Source: Deltaproteobacteria bacterium (GTDB lineage Bacteria > Myxococcota_A > Polyangia > Polyangiales > Houyiibacteriaceae). Taken from it: a stretch of DNA of 64,000 bases. The stretch is taken from NCBI GenBank assembly GCA_034670305.1, contig JAXMNT010000008.1:27798-91797 (forward strand), given 5' to 3'. Shown here piece after piece: positions 1 to 9,163 of the stretch (position 1 is the stretch's first letter; the number at the start of each line of letters is the position of its first letter). Position numbers and translations under genes: made by a program. The notes beneath the pieces were generated by a model. It saw nothing but the letters and a program-made list of their open reading frames with translations. It did not search any database and had not been told where the DNA came from.

Positions 1-50
1 GCAGACCCCGCTGCGCCCCGGGCGAGGCCTGCGAAGTCCCGAACCCGCGC

Positions 51-389
51 GTGCAGCGCCTCAACCGCGGGCTGCTCTGGACCAGCACGGTGTTCGTCGT
101 CGCGTTCGCACTCTTCCCGGAGTACGCCGGCGCCCTGACCGGCGGAGGCGGCGAAGTCGAAGCCGCGGCTCCGACCGAGACGACCATGCACTACGCCGTG
201 GAAGGCCTGACGTGTTTGGCCTGCGAAGGCCACGCCCGCGGTGCGATCGAGACCATCCCCGGCGTCGCATCCGTCGCAGTGTCGTACCGCGAAGGCAGCG
301 CTGAGATCGTTTGGCGCGGCGACCCTGATCACGCCGCCGTGGCCGCGGCCGTCGCCCCGTTCGGGTACCGCGCCGCCCCCCGCCCCTGA
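51..389 (+). CDS. Heavy-metal-associated (HMA) domain protein with one N-terminal hydrophobic helix; possibly 5'-truncated by the window edge
   Basis: GLTCLACEGHARGAIETIPGV fits the GMTCxxC HMA motif. It is preceded by the helix LLWTSTVFVVAFALF. The same frame stays open back to nt 3, so the true start may lie upstream of the window. Confidence 0.7.
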   Translation: MQRLNRGLLWTSTVFVVAFALFPEYAGALTGGGGEVEAAAPTETTMHYAVEGLTCLACEGHARGAIETIPGVASVAVSYREGSAEIVWRGDPDHAAVAAAVAPFGYRAAPRP

Positions 390-458
390 GTCCTCGGTCC
401 AATTGGCCCGGTTGGGTCGCCGACTTCCACGAGCGTCAGGGCGGTGACGCCCGCAGGT

Positions 459-947
459 CTACGGGGCGTGGACGATGAGTTGCTCGGGCTCCTGAAGGTA
501 GGTCTGGAGAAACGCGTCGAATGAATCGGCGATCGGCACCGCACGCTCTTCTAGCGTGCACGTGCCCGAGCCGAGGTCGGCCCGGACCTCGGGGGGAACC
601 CCGTCTGCAAACCGCATCAGGAAGAGTGACCGGCTCGACGCGTAGTCCGCGAAACCGACCCAGCAACGCCCCGACCCGTCCGTTTCGGTGTAGTGCGGCA
701 CCACACCAATCGGATAGAAGGACAGCAAGTGCGCGTCGGGCGACGCGGTTCCGTCGGAGAGTTCGTAGAGCGCCCGGAACATCCGCGGCAGCAGCACGCC
801 GAACTTCGCTTCGAAGGCGTCCAGTGCGACCGCATCGCAGCCCGGTCGAACAATGGCACCGTCCCCGGAAGACTGGGCCGTGCTCCAGCGTGTGGCGACA
901 AGCCTCGCGAGTGTGTCGGCACCATCGCTCCCTTCAGGGTGCTTCAT
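459..947 (-). CDS. SMI1/KNR4 (SUKH-1) family protein
   Basis: ALDAFEAKFGVLLPRMFRALYELSDG is a typical SMI1/KNR4 N-terminal signature. The ATG at 945-947 lies 2 nt after the upstream gene's stop; GTG at 953 is an alternative start. Confidence 0.75.
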   Translation of the reverse strand: MKHPEGSDGADTLARLVATRWSTAQSSGDGAIVRPGCDAVALDAFEAKFGVLLPRMFRALYELSDGTASPDAHLLSFYPIGVVPHYTETDGSGRCWVGFADYASSRSLFLMRFADGVPPEVRADLGSGTCTLEERAVPIADSFDAFLQTYLQEPEQLIVHAP

Positions 948-949
948 GT

Positions 950-1474
950 TCACGTCTCCGGAGTCGGTTCCGGCGCAGACTGCGCGAGTTGTTCAAGCGC
1001 CGCCGTGTAGGGCTCGGCGCGTCGTTCGGCGAAGCCGTCGATGAGGAGGCCGAGGCCGCCGCCGAGGACGAGCACCGCGCCGAGGCTGCGGCTCCAGCCC
1101 ATGCCCGCGTAGTGCAGGATGAGACCGAGCGCGGCGAGGGCGCCGAAGACGAAGTAGGTCGCGCGGAAGTTCTTGTTGACCTTCTCCATCCGCGGCAGCT
1201 CGGCTTGCACCATGGCGACCGGCGACTCCGCGTGCGCCTCCTCGAGCGCGGCGACTTGGCTCTTGGTGCGCAGTCCGATGCCGAGCCCGGTCGCGATCAA
1301 GAGCAACCCGAACACGATGGCCGGAACGGCGGCGCCCCACGCGAACCCACCGCGTTCGGCTTTGAACGCGACGATCCCGAAACCGACCAACGCGAGACCG
1401 GCCGGTAGAATGAAGTAGATCGCTTCGAGCTTCTCGCCCCGGAAGTACTCGTGCATCACGTCGAGAAAAGACAT
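950..1474 (-). CDS. Small integral membrane protein (about 4 hydrophobic helices), function unknown
   Basis: Only the last 174 codons of track ORF 950..1804 look coding (ATG verified at 1472-1474; MSFLDVMHEYFRGEKLEAIYFILPAGLALVGFGIVAF...). The upstream part of the ORF runs through the hexamer repeat. Confidence 0.65.
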   Translation of the reverse strand: MSFLDVMHEYFRGEKLEAIYFILPAGLALVGFGIVAFKAERGGFAWGAAVPAIVFGLLLIATGLGIGLRTKSQVAALEEAHAESPVAMVQAELPRMEKVNKNFRATYFVFGALAALGLILHYAGMGWSRSLGAVLVLGGGLGLLIDGFAERRAEPYTAALEQLAQSAPEPTPET

Positions 1475-1544
1475 CGGACTCCGCTCCCCTGTGTGGCGGG
1501 GGAACGTCCCCCCGCCCCGTCGCAACGATACCGGACGGTGGTCG

Positions 1545-1675
1545 CTTCGGGGTCGCGGTCGGGGTCGGCTTGTGGGTCGGGGTCGGATTCGGGGTCGGAT
1601 TCGGGGTCGGATTCGGGGTCGGCTTCCTCGCCCCGAGGGCAAGGGCAAGGGCAAGGGCAAGGGCAAGGGCAAGGC
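1545..1675. repeat. Hexamer/dodecamer microsatellite array: TCGG-core units (GGGGTCGGATTC) followed by (GGCAAG)x6
   Basis: Read directly: ...tcggggtcggattcggggtcggattcggggtcggattcggggtcggcttc... then gggcaagggcaagggcaagggcaagggcaagggcaagg. It lies in the divergent promoter between starts at 1474 (-) and 1724 (+). Confidence 0.95.
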
Positions 1676-1723
1676 AACACCACGGGCACCTGCAGGGGTG
1701 CCTTGTGCGCGGTAGGGTGCGAT

Positions 1724-2812
1724 ATGAAGAACGCCGAGCGACGGGCATTGCGCGATCGATGTCGCTGGCTGAACGGGCACGGTCCGGTGAGTGCCGCCGC
1801 GCATCTACAAGAAGTCGCCGCGTACTGTGAGGCACACGACGTCGCCCTCGACCAGTACGGCGAGGGGGCGTTCCTCGAGGGGTTCGAGTCGCAGGTGGCC
1901 GAACGGCTGGGATTCGATGCCGCGCGCTTCATGCCGAGCGGCACCATGGCGCAGCAGATCGCGCTCCGGATCTACGGCGACCGAGCCGGCAACCCGCACG
2001 TCGGCATGCATCCGACCGCGCACGTCGAGCTGCACGAGGAGCGGGGGTACGCGCACCTGCATGGACTGCGCGCAACGCTCGTGGGTTCCGCTGGCACGCC
2101 GCTGGTCGATTCGGACTTCGAATCGCTGTCCGAACCCTTGGCTGCGCTGCTGGTCGAGCTCCCGATCCGCGAAGCGGGGGGTCAGTTGCCGACCTGGAAG
2201 GAGCTCGCAGCGCTCAAGCGTTCGGTGGGCGCGACCGAAACCCGGCTGCACCTCGACGGAGCGCGCCTCTGGGAGTGTGCGCCGCACTATCAGCGCCCCT
2301 ACGCCGAGATCTGCGCGGGCTTCGATTCTGCGTACGTCTCCTTCTACAAAGGCATCGGCGCGCTGCCCGGCGCGATGCTGCTCGGCAAGCGCGACTTCAT
2401 CGACACCGCGAAGCTCTGGCAACGCCGGAGCGGCGGCAACCTCTACACGTTGACGCCCAACGCCGCGTCTGCCGCGATGCAGTTCGAATCCAGGCTCGGA
2501 CAGATGCCGCGCTACCACGCGCGCGCCGTGGAGGTGGCGACGTTGCTGGACCAGGTCGAAGGCGTGCGGGTGCTTCCCGATCCACCGCACACCAACATGA
2601 TGCACGTCTTCCTCGACACCGACTCGGAGTCGGCACGGACGGCGCGGGACCGATTCGCACAGCAGCGCGGCGTGTGGCTCTGCGGCGGAACGAGCCCCGC
2701 GGACGCCCCAAGCATGTGCCGGGTCGAGCTGTACATCGGCGACGGCGCCCTCACCGTCGAAGACGCAGAGATCACCGACGGCTTCGAGGCGATGCTGACG
2801 CACGGAGTCTGA
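1724..2812 (+). CDS. PLP-dependent threonine aldolase / beta-eliminating lyase family enzyme
   Basis: ATG verified at 1724 inside track ORF 1451..2812. Motifs: MPSGTMAQQIALRIY, LHLDGARLWE, and YVSFYKGIGALPGAMLLG with the candidate PLP lysine. Confidence 0.8.
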   Translation: MKNAERRALRDRCRWLNGHGPVSAAAHLQEVAAYCEAHDVALDQYGEGAFLEGFESQVAERLGFDAARFMPSGTMAQQIALRIYGDRAGNPHVGMHPTAHVELHEERGYAHLHGLRATLVGSAGTPLVDSDFESLSEPLAALLVELPIREAGGQLPTWKELAALKRSVGATETRLHLDGARLWECAPHYQRPYAEICAGFDSAYVSFYKGIGALPGAMLLGKRDFIDTAKLWQRRSGGNLYTLTPNAASAAMQFESRLGQMPRYHARAVEVATLLDQVEGVRVLPDPPHTNMMHVFLDTDSESARTARDRFAQQRGVWLCGGTSPADAPSMCRVELYIGDGALTVEDAEITDGFEAMLTHGV

Positions 2813-2847
2813 GCGAGTCGCCGCCAATCCCGCCACCCCGCGGGACG

Positions 2848-2960
2848 GCTTCGCAGCGACCAGCGGTGCTGGCCTCGGGAATCGCAGCGACCAGCGGTCT
2901 CGGGAATCGCAGTGCTGGCCTCGAGAATCGCAGTGCTGGCTTCAGCAGCATCGCAGCCCT
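2848..2960. repeat. Imperfect 21-31 nt tandem repeat (five TCGCAG-containing units) in a convergent intergenic region
   Basis: TCGCAG recurs at 2851, 2882, 2907, 2928 and 2951, with shared flanks (gggaatcgcag / tgctggcctc). It contains the short hairpin CCAGC-ggt-GCTGG. Confidence 0.7.
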
Positions 2961-2993
2961 CCGCATGCGGATGTAAATCGAGGAAGGTGCGCT

Positions 2994-3584
2994 CTAGGTC
3001 GAGCGAAGTTCGTCCACCATCTGCTGGGCGGCTCGAAGTGCCGCGGGTGAACGCCGCTTGCCGACGCCGAGCCCCTGAAAGGTCGAGTGGCCGTACGCGA
3101 GCGCCATCACGAGGTAGGCCACCCGCCGGCATGCGCCCAGCGTGGCCGAATGTTCTTCGGACAAGACCGACGCGAGGGTCTGCTGGAGCCGGCGGTAGAC
3201 CGCGTCGAGGCGCGCCGCGATGTCTGGGTCGCGGTGTCGCAGCGCGAAGAGCTCGTCGAGCACCATGTCTTCTTCGTCCGGGTCGCCGCTGCTGAAGGGG
3301 CCACCGAAGAGGTAGCGCAAGACGGCGTCGACGCGGCCCGTCGCGGGCAATCCATCGATCAGCGACGCGTAGGCGCCTTCGTGTTTCTGGACGATGCGCT
3401 CGAGCGCGGCCGCGATCAGGGCCTCGCGGTTGCCGATGTTGTGGCGGATCGCAGGCCGGCCGAGCCCCGCGAACGCCGCCACCCGCTCGAGCGTCGTGCC
3501 TTCGAGCCCATGCGCGGCGACGCACCGTTCGAACGCGACCAAGATCTGATCTCTGCGCTCGGCTTGGAGACTGCGGCGGCCCAC
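2994..3584 (-). CDS. TetR/AcrR family transcriptional regulator
   Basis: GTG start verified at 3582-3584, 1 nt after the stop of the upstream gene. HTH: TLERVAAFAGLGRPAIRHNIGNREALI. The rest of track ORF 2994..4187 is out-of-gene. Confidence 0.9.
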   Translation of the reverse strand: MGRRSLQAERRDQILVAFERCVAAHGLEGTTLERVAAFAGLGRPAIRHNIGNREALIAAALERIVQKHEGAYASLIDGLPATGRVDAVLRYLFGGPFSSGDPDEEDMVLDELFALRHRDPDIAARLDAVYRRLQQTLASVLSEEHSATLGACRRVAYLVMALAYGHSTFQGLGVGKRRSPAALRAAQQMVDELRST

Positions 3585-3585
3585 G

Positions 3586-4344
3586 TCAGGGGTTGGATCG
3601 GGGTCGGACGCGGCGCAACGTGCGTCGCGCCCAGGTGCGCACCAGCGTCGCGTCCACGCTGAAGAGGATCGGCAGCGTTCGGCCCTCGCGCCACTGGGGG
3701 TTGAGGCGTTCGTACACCTCGCCGAGCGCCAGCGCGTCCGCCGAACGCGCCACCGATGGGGAGTCCGGTACGTTCTGATGCCGCACCACGCCCGCGGCGC
3801 GATCAAAGTCGTCCGGGTAGAAGGCCTCGGCGAACCCGCGGAGCGCGGCGGCCTTCCACGGCGTGATCTCCGGGCTGGCCAGCGCGACGACGTTGCCGGC
3901 GGATCGGGAGAGCGAGACGAAGCTCTGCGGGTACGTCGTCGAGACGAAGTGCAGTCGGCGCACGCCGAATCGCCGCAGCGCGATCGGCACGAGCATCCAC
4001 GGCGCGAGCAAGGTCTTCGGATGTCCGCGGTAGCCGGCGCGAAAGTAGAAGTACTTGGAGTAGAGCAGGAGGCCCTTCTGCGGGGTCGCACCACCAGCAT
4101 GCACCGGATGCTCCACCGGGATGAAGAGGATGGTGAAGAAGCCCTGCACCACGCCTGCCGGATCCCGGAACGTGAAGAGGCACGCATCGCGCTGGGTCAC
4201 GAACGCTCGAAAGTGCGCCCAATCTGCTTCGCGGGAGCGATGCAGGGTCAGCATCTCGAGCCGGAGCGACCAGCACGCGCGGACGACGTCTTCGTCTGCT
4301 TCGGGGCCGTGAACGAGCTGGAACCGGAGGGTGGGCCGTGCCAT
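3586..4344 (-). CDS. Hypothetical protein, first gene of a two-gene operon with the TetR regulator
   Basis: 252-aa ORF with good GC3 coding bias and a stop abutting the TetR start. No motif I can name with confidence. Confidence 0.7.
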   Translation of the reverse strand: MARPTLRFQLVHGPEADEDVVRACWSLRLEMLTLHRSREADWAHFRAFVTQRDACLFTFRDPAGVVQGFFTILFIPVEHPVHAGGATPQKGLLLYSKYFYFRAGYRGHPKTLLAPWMLVPIALRRFGVRRLHFVSTTYPQSFVSLSRSAGNVVALASPEITPWKAAALRGFAEAFYPDDFDRAAGVVRHQNVPDSPSVARSADALALGEVYERLNPQWREGRTLPILFSVDATLVRTWARRTLRRVRPRSNP

Positions 4345-4346
4345 AG

Positions 4347-4364
4347 ATCATCACTGTTGATGAT
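4347..4364. promoter_or_regulatory. Candidate TetR operator: perfect palindrome ATCATCA-ctgt-TGATGAT
   Basis: 7-bp perfect inverted arms with a 4-bp spacer, in an unusually AT-rich patch. The palindrome lies 3-22 nt upstream of the ATG at 4344. On the minus strand a TATAAAT box immediately precedes it. Confidence 0.6.
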
Positions 4365-4439
4365 TTATATCCAGTCGTCAAACCGGCGCCGCCAACTCGG
4401 TCGCTGTGCGGGGCGAACGCTTTGGCCTATCTTCCGACC

Positions 4440-5555
4440 ATGCACTTCCGGACCCTCTTCGTCCTCCTGCTCGCCGCGTGTTCCTCCGACCCGATGACTG
4501 GCGTCGACGCAGGCGGGACCGACGCCCCCGAAGCGACGGACGCGGCGGTCGATGCGGTCTCGGGCAGCGATTCGGGCCTCGACACGTCGGCGATCCGGGA
4601 CGTGATGACGCGGGCGCTGCCCGAGGCGCCGGACGGCATCGAAGGGGTCACGCTGATCGTCTACGACGCGGACGACCGCCGGATCATCGAGGAGACGGTG
4701 GGCGATTTCGAGACCGATCGCCGGGTGCCGATCGCGAGCGCGTCCAAGCTCGTGACGGGGCTCGTGCTCCTCCGGCTCATGGAGGCTGGCACCCTCTCGA
4801 TGACCGACACCCCTCGCGGGGTGCTCGGCTGGAGCGCGACCAGTGCGGCGGATGCCACGCTCGACCACTTGGGCGGGTTCGTCTCGGGCATGCAGACCGA
4901 AGCGGTGTGTCTCCTCGACCCACGCCAGACGCTGCAGGACTGCGTCGCGACCTTGGACGCCGTGCCGACGCGCCACATGCCGGGCGTCGCGTTCGAGTAC
5001 GGCTCGACGCACCAAGGCGTCGCGGCCGCGATGGCCGAGGTCGCGACGGGCGAGTCGTGGGCCACGCTCTTCGAACGCGAGCTCAAGACGCCGCTCGGGC
5101 TCACGGACCCGGGCTTGCGCTACTACACGCTGCCGAAGGAACCGATCGGAGACGACAACCCGCTGGTCGCCGGCGGCATCACCGCAACGATGGACGAGTA
5201 CGTGCCGATCCTCGCCCTGCTCTTTCACCGCGGCGAACGCGACGGCACCCAGCTCATCAGCCGCGCGGCGATCGACCGAATGGGCGTCAACGGGTACCCG
5301 GACGCGACCATCGACCCCGCGCTCGCCAGGACGAACCTTCGGTACAGCTGGTCCTCGTGGATCAACTGCCCGGGCGCCGCGTCGCCCTGCGAGAACATCA
5401 CGTCGCCGGGCGCATTCGGGTTCACCCCCTGGGTCGACCGGGACCGCGGCTACTACGCGATCCTCGGCATGGAGTCCGACGGCCTCGACGGCACTGGGTT
5501 CGGCGTACCGCTGATGGAGCTGTTGCGTCCGAGGATCGAAGCGCTGCTCGAGTAG
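4440..5555 (+). CDS. Serine hydrolase, class C beta-lactamase / PBP-like family, lipoprotein
   Basis: Lipobox [14 protein letters not shown]|SS. SxxK motif in [18 protein letters not shown] verified at 4440. Confidence 0.85.
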   Translation: MHFRTLFVLLLAACSSDPMTGVDAGGTDAPEATDAAVDAVSGSDSGLDTSAIRDVMTRALPEAPDGIEGVTLIVYDADDRRIIEETVGDFETDRRVPIASASKLVTGLVLLRLMEAGTLSMTDTPRGVLGWSATSAADATLDHLGGFVSGMQTEAVCLLDPRQTLQDCVATLDAVPTRHMPGVAFEYGSTHQGVAAAMAEVATGESWATLFERELKTPLGLTDPGLRYYTLPKEPIGDDNPLVAGGITATMDEYVPILALLFHRGERDGTQLISRAAIDRMGVNGYPDATIDPALARTNLRYSWSSWINCPGAASPCENITSPGAFGFTPWVDRDRGYYAILGMESDGLDGTGFGVPLMELLRPRIEALLE

Positions 5556-5957
<402 letters not shown>

Positions 5958-6044
5958 CTCAACGACCTCTGCTCACCGATCTCTGCTCACTGACTCACCG
6001 AGCTGAACCGCCAGACACCTGACGCACGACGCCCCCTACCCCCG

Positions 6045-6458
6045 TTATTGCCAGAGGGCGAGGACGAGGGAGATGCCGACGATCATCGCGGCTTGGCTGC
6101 CGAGCGCGATGGCGGCGACGCGCCAGCGTTTCAAGAACGCTTGGCCGGGCAAACCGGTGGCGACCGTGAAACCGATGATCACCAGGCCGGCGAGCATCAG
6201 GGCTTCGCCCACGCTGTCGACCGCGAGCCACTGCTGTACGACCGCGAGTGAGAGGACGAGCAGCACCGTGCACAGGAGCTGCACGCCGTACGTGTAGCCG
6301 GGCACCTCCTTGGTGTGCTGCTTCTTGTCCGCGGCGCCGTACTCCTTGGCCCAGGGATCTCCGAAGAGGACGACGAACCAGACGGTCGAGATGACCTGGC
6401 CAGCGACGACGCTCGCCAACACGGCCCACCAGTTGATTTCGGACAGCTGTACTTCCAT
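6045..6458 (-). CDS. DUF1761-like small membrane protein
   Basis: ATG verified at 6456-6458 (MEVQLSEINWWAVLASVVAGQVISTVWFVVLFGDPWAKEYG...). Four hydrophobic segments. The upstream part of the track ORF was rejected. Confidence 0.7.
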   Translation of the reverse strand: MEVQLSEINWWAVLASVVAGQVISTVWFVVLFGDPWAKEYGAADKKQHTKEVPGYTYGVQLLCTVLLVLSLAVVQQWLAVDSVGEALMLAGLVIIGFTVATGLPGQAFLKRWRVAAIALGSQAAMIVGISLVLALWQ

Positions 6459-6544
6459 CGGATCGGCTCCTCTTCGTGGCCAGTTGCTGAGATGGAAGGT
6501 ATGATTGATGCTGTTTCGGGACAAGTGAGCATATGGCAACGGTG

Positions 6545-6565
6545 TTATTGCTAGGAACGCAATAA
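6545..6565. promoter_or_regulatory. LysR-type binding site candidate: TTATTGC-N7-GCAATAA
   Basis: Perfect 7-bp inverted arms containing a T-N11-A core. It sits in the AT-rich divergent region between the DUF1761 gene and the LysR gene. Confidence 0.6.
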
Positions 6566-6567
6566 TA

Positions 6568-7455
6568 ATGAAGGTGGACCTTCTGGACGTCGTGGTGTTC
6601 GCGGCGGTGGTGCGGGGGCAAGGGTTCAGCGCTGCAGGGCGCGAGCTCGGGCTGCCTCCGTCCGCGGTCTCGCGGCGGGTGAAACGTTTGGAAGAGCGTC
6701 TCGGCGCGAAGCTGCTCCACCGCACCACCCGACGGGTCGGTCTCACCGCGGCCGGGCGCGCGTACTACGAACGCATCGGCCCGTTGCCGCGCATCCTCGA
6801 AGAAGCCGAGCGCGCGGTCCTCGACACCCAGGGCACCCCGAAGGGCACCCTGCGGATCGCCGCGCCACCGGAAGACGGCGGCGTGATCTGGGCCACGATT
6901 CGGAGCTTCGTGGCCAGCTTCCCCGAGGTCGATCTCGAGCTTCACCACGCGCTCACGTACATCGATCTCATCGAACAAGAGATCGACGTCGCCCTGCGGG
7001 GCGGCGCACCCCCGGATTCGCCCGATCTCGCGGCTCAGTTGCTCTGGGATTCGCGCATGGTGCTCGCCGCGAGCCCCGAGTACCTCGAACTGCGCGGCGT
7101 GCCGAAGTCCGTTCACGAGCTCAACGACCACGAGGGCATCTGCATGGACGGGTGGGCGCCGAACGCGCTTCGCCACGTGAACGGAGAGACCGGTCCCGTG
7201 AGAGTACAGATGCACAACCGCATCCGCGCCAACAGCCTCGAGACCGCACGCCTCGCGGCGCTCGATGGCATCGGCATCGCGCCGCTCCTGCTCTTGAGCT
7301 GCCAGGACGACCTCGACCGAGGCGCGCTGGTCGAAGTGCTTCGCGGCGCGCTGCCGATGTCCGCGAAGGGGTGGATCGTCTACCCGATCGGACGCGAACG
7401 ATCCGCCGCTGCCCAAGCCTTCATCGACCACCTGGTGCAGCACCGAAACGTCTGA
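6568..7455 (+). CDS. LysR family transcriptional regulator
   Basis: N-terminal HTH VVFAAVVRGQGFSAAGRELGLPPSAVSRRVKRLEERLG plus a typical LysR substrate-binding domain. Confidence 0.9.
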   Translation: MKVDLLDVVVFAAVVRGQGFSAAGRELGLPPSAVSRRVKRLEERLGAKLLHRTTRRVGLTAAGRAYYERIGPLPRILEEAERAVLDTQGTPKGTLRIAAPPEDGGVIWATIRSFVASFPEVDLELHHALTYIDLIEQEIDVALRGGAPPDSPDLAAQLLWDSRMVLAASPEYLELRGVPKSVHELNDHEGICMDGWAPNALRHVNGETGPVRVQMHNRIRANSLETARLAALDGIGIAPLLLLSCQDDLDRGALVEVLRGALPMSAKGWIVYPIGRERSAAAQAFIDHLVQHRNV

Positions 7456-7484
7456 CGGCGAAGGCCGAGCCGCAGCACCGGCCC

Positions 7485-7707
7485 CGGCGTCGGCGTCGGC
7501 ACGGGCGTCGACATCGGCATGCATCGGCACAGGCGTCGGTATCGGCATGCATCGGCATCGGCTTCGGCATCGGCTTCGGCATCGGCTTCGGCATCGGCTT
7601 CGGCTTCGGCATCGGCTTCGGCATCGGCTTCGGCATCGGCTTCGGCATCGGCTTCGGCATCGGCTTCGGCATCGGCTTGCGCTTCGGCTTCGGCATCGGC
7701 ATCGGCG
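7485..7707. repeat. TCGG-core hexamer array (CGGCAT/CGGCTT)
   Basis: Begins about 30 nt after the LysR stop. Long run of catcggcttcggcatcggcttcgg.... Confidence 0.95.
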
Positions 7708-7837
7708 TTAGGCCTCTGCCGAACTTGCCAGCACCTCGAGCACGAAGGGAATGCGATGCGTTGCGGGCTGACCAAGGAAGCGCTCTCGGCTCGAGACGTG
7801 GAGCTCATCTGCCGCGAGTTCGAAGCCGCGTAGCAGG

Positions 7838-8542
7838 TCAGTCTGCGTCGGGTGCAAACCCAGAGAGCTCGCGGCGCACCTGCAGAGGAATGCCGCCGAG
7901 CACCTGGGTGTGGGCGATCTTGCCGCGTACGAAGAGGGACCGGTCGACCATCGTGCGCACCGCCCGCTGCAGCTGCATCGCCGAGTCGGGTTCGCCGAGG
8001 GCATCGAGCGCGGAGACGATCGCTTCGCCGGTCCCGAGGTGCTGGTCGGTGGGCGGTTGTCTGAGCACCCCGCTCGTGCGGGTCTTCGAGACCGAGAGTG
8101 AGACCCGTTGTACATCGCACGCGTCATCGATGCGTCGCGCGATGCGGCTCGTCTGTCGCCAGGTGCCATCGGGCACGATCAGCAGAAGCGGTCGTCCGTC
8201 GCGCGGCACCTCGGAGATGGGCACCGCATCGGGCGAGGGATGCAGCAGCAAGGTCTGCTCGCTTGGATCCGCGGCCCAGCGGGTCTCGTCGAAGTCCGGA
8301 AGCTCTCCCTCCGGTCCTTCGATCGGTGCGCGGCCTTGCCAGCGTCCGTAGATGGTCAGTTCGCAGCGCGGCATCGTGCGCCACGCCACCCGGCCGGTGT
8401 TGCTCGGTTGCGGCCACTCGCGGATGTGCATCACGAGCAAGAGCCGAGTCGTGGTCTCGATGGTCGGCCACGTCGCACAGAGACAGAGCGGCACGTGCAT
8501 GAGGCACCGCGCACACCGCGGGGACTGTCGACTGCGGGACAC
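7838..8542 (-). CDS. DTW domain protein (tRNA-uridine aminocarboxypropyltransferase family)
   Basis: N-terminal Cys cluster CARCLMHVPLCLC and the DTW motif in LLIVPDGTWRQ. Confidence 0.8.
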   Translation of the reverse strand: MSRSRQSPRCARCLMHVPLCLCATWPTIETTTRLLLVMHIREWPQPSNTGRVAWRTMPRCELTIYGRWQGRAPIEGPEGELPDFDETRWAADPSEQTLLLHPSPDAVPISEVPRDGRPLLLIVPDGTWRQTSRIARRIDDACDVQRVSLSVSKTRTSGVLRQPPTDQHLGTGEAIVSALDALGEPDSAMQLQRAVRTMVDRSLFVRGKIAHTQVLGGIPLQVRRELSGFAPDAD

Positions 8543-8556
8543 GGCCGGGCGTGGAC

Positions 8557-9111
8557 TCAGAGCGAGATGAGTTCGACGTCGAAGACCAGCATCCCGCTCG
8601 GCCGGTTGCCCATCGCTTCGTTGCCGTAGGCCAGCTCGGCCGGGATCCAGAACCGTCGGATCTCTCCTTCAACCATGAGCTGTACCCCTTCGGTCCATCC
8701 GGCGATCACGCGGTTGAGCGGGAACGTGGCGGGTTGGCCGCGCTGCCACGAGCTGTCGAAGAGGTTGCCGTCGAGGGTCCAGCCCGCGTAGTTCACCGTC
8801 ACCGACGTGGTGGACTCGGGGTGTACGGTCCCGGTGCCGTGGCGCAAGACGTGCGACGCGAGCCCGCTCGGGGTGGTCTCCGCGTAAGGCGGCACTGCCG
8901 CGACATCGACCGGCGTCTCATTCGGGTCGCGGGCATCGTCCCATTCCGGGCCCGCGGGTGCCGCGAGGTCCGCGACCGGTGCCGGGTCGCTGGGTGCCGC
9001 GTTCTCGGCACCGGTCGTGTCGCCCACCGGCGCGGGCGCCACCTCCGTGGACTCCGAAGACGAGGAAGCGCAGCCGAGGGCCAGCCAGAGGACGAGGAGA
9101 GAAGTTCGCAT
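8557..9111 (-). CDS. FKBP-type peptidyl-prolyl cis-trans isomerase, lipoprotein
   Basis: ATG verified at 9109-9111 (MRTSLLVLWLALGC|ASS). C-terminal FKBP core: VTVNYAGWTLDGNLFDSS...FPLNRVIAGWTEGVQLM...GMLVFDVELISL. Confidence 0.9.
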   Translation of the reverse strand: MRTSLLVLWLALGCASSSSESTEVAPAPVGDTTGAENAAPSDPAPVADLAAPAGPEWDDARDPNETPVDVAAVPPYAETTPSGLASHVLRHGTGTVHPESTTSVTVNYAGWTLDGNLFDSSWQRGQPATFPLNRVIAGWTEGVQLMVEGEIRRFWIPAELAYGNEAMGNRPSGMLVFDVELISL

Positions 9112-9163
9112 CCCGGTTCGTAGCACGCGTTCGGTGGGCGGCCCGATCTGGTAGAACTGCGAC

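Noticed and set aside
2482-2491. GTTCGAATCC, a tRNA T-loop-like motif
   Set aside because: The flanking bases cannot form T-arm or acceptor stems, and the site lies inside a well-supported CDS.
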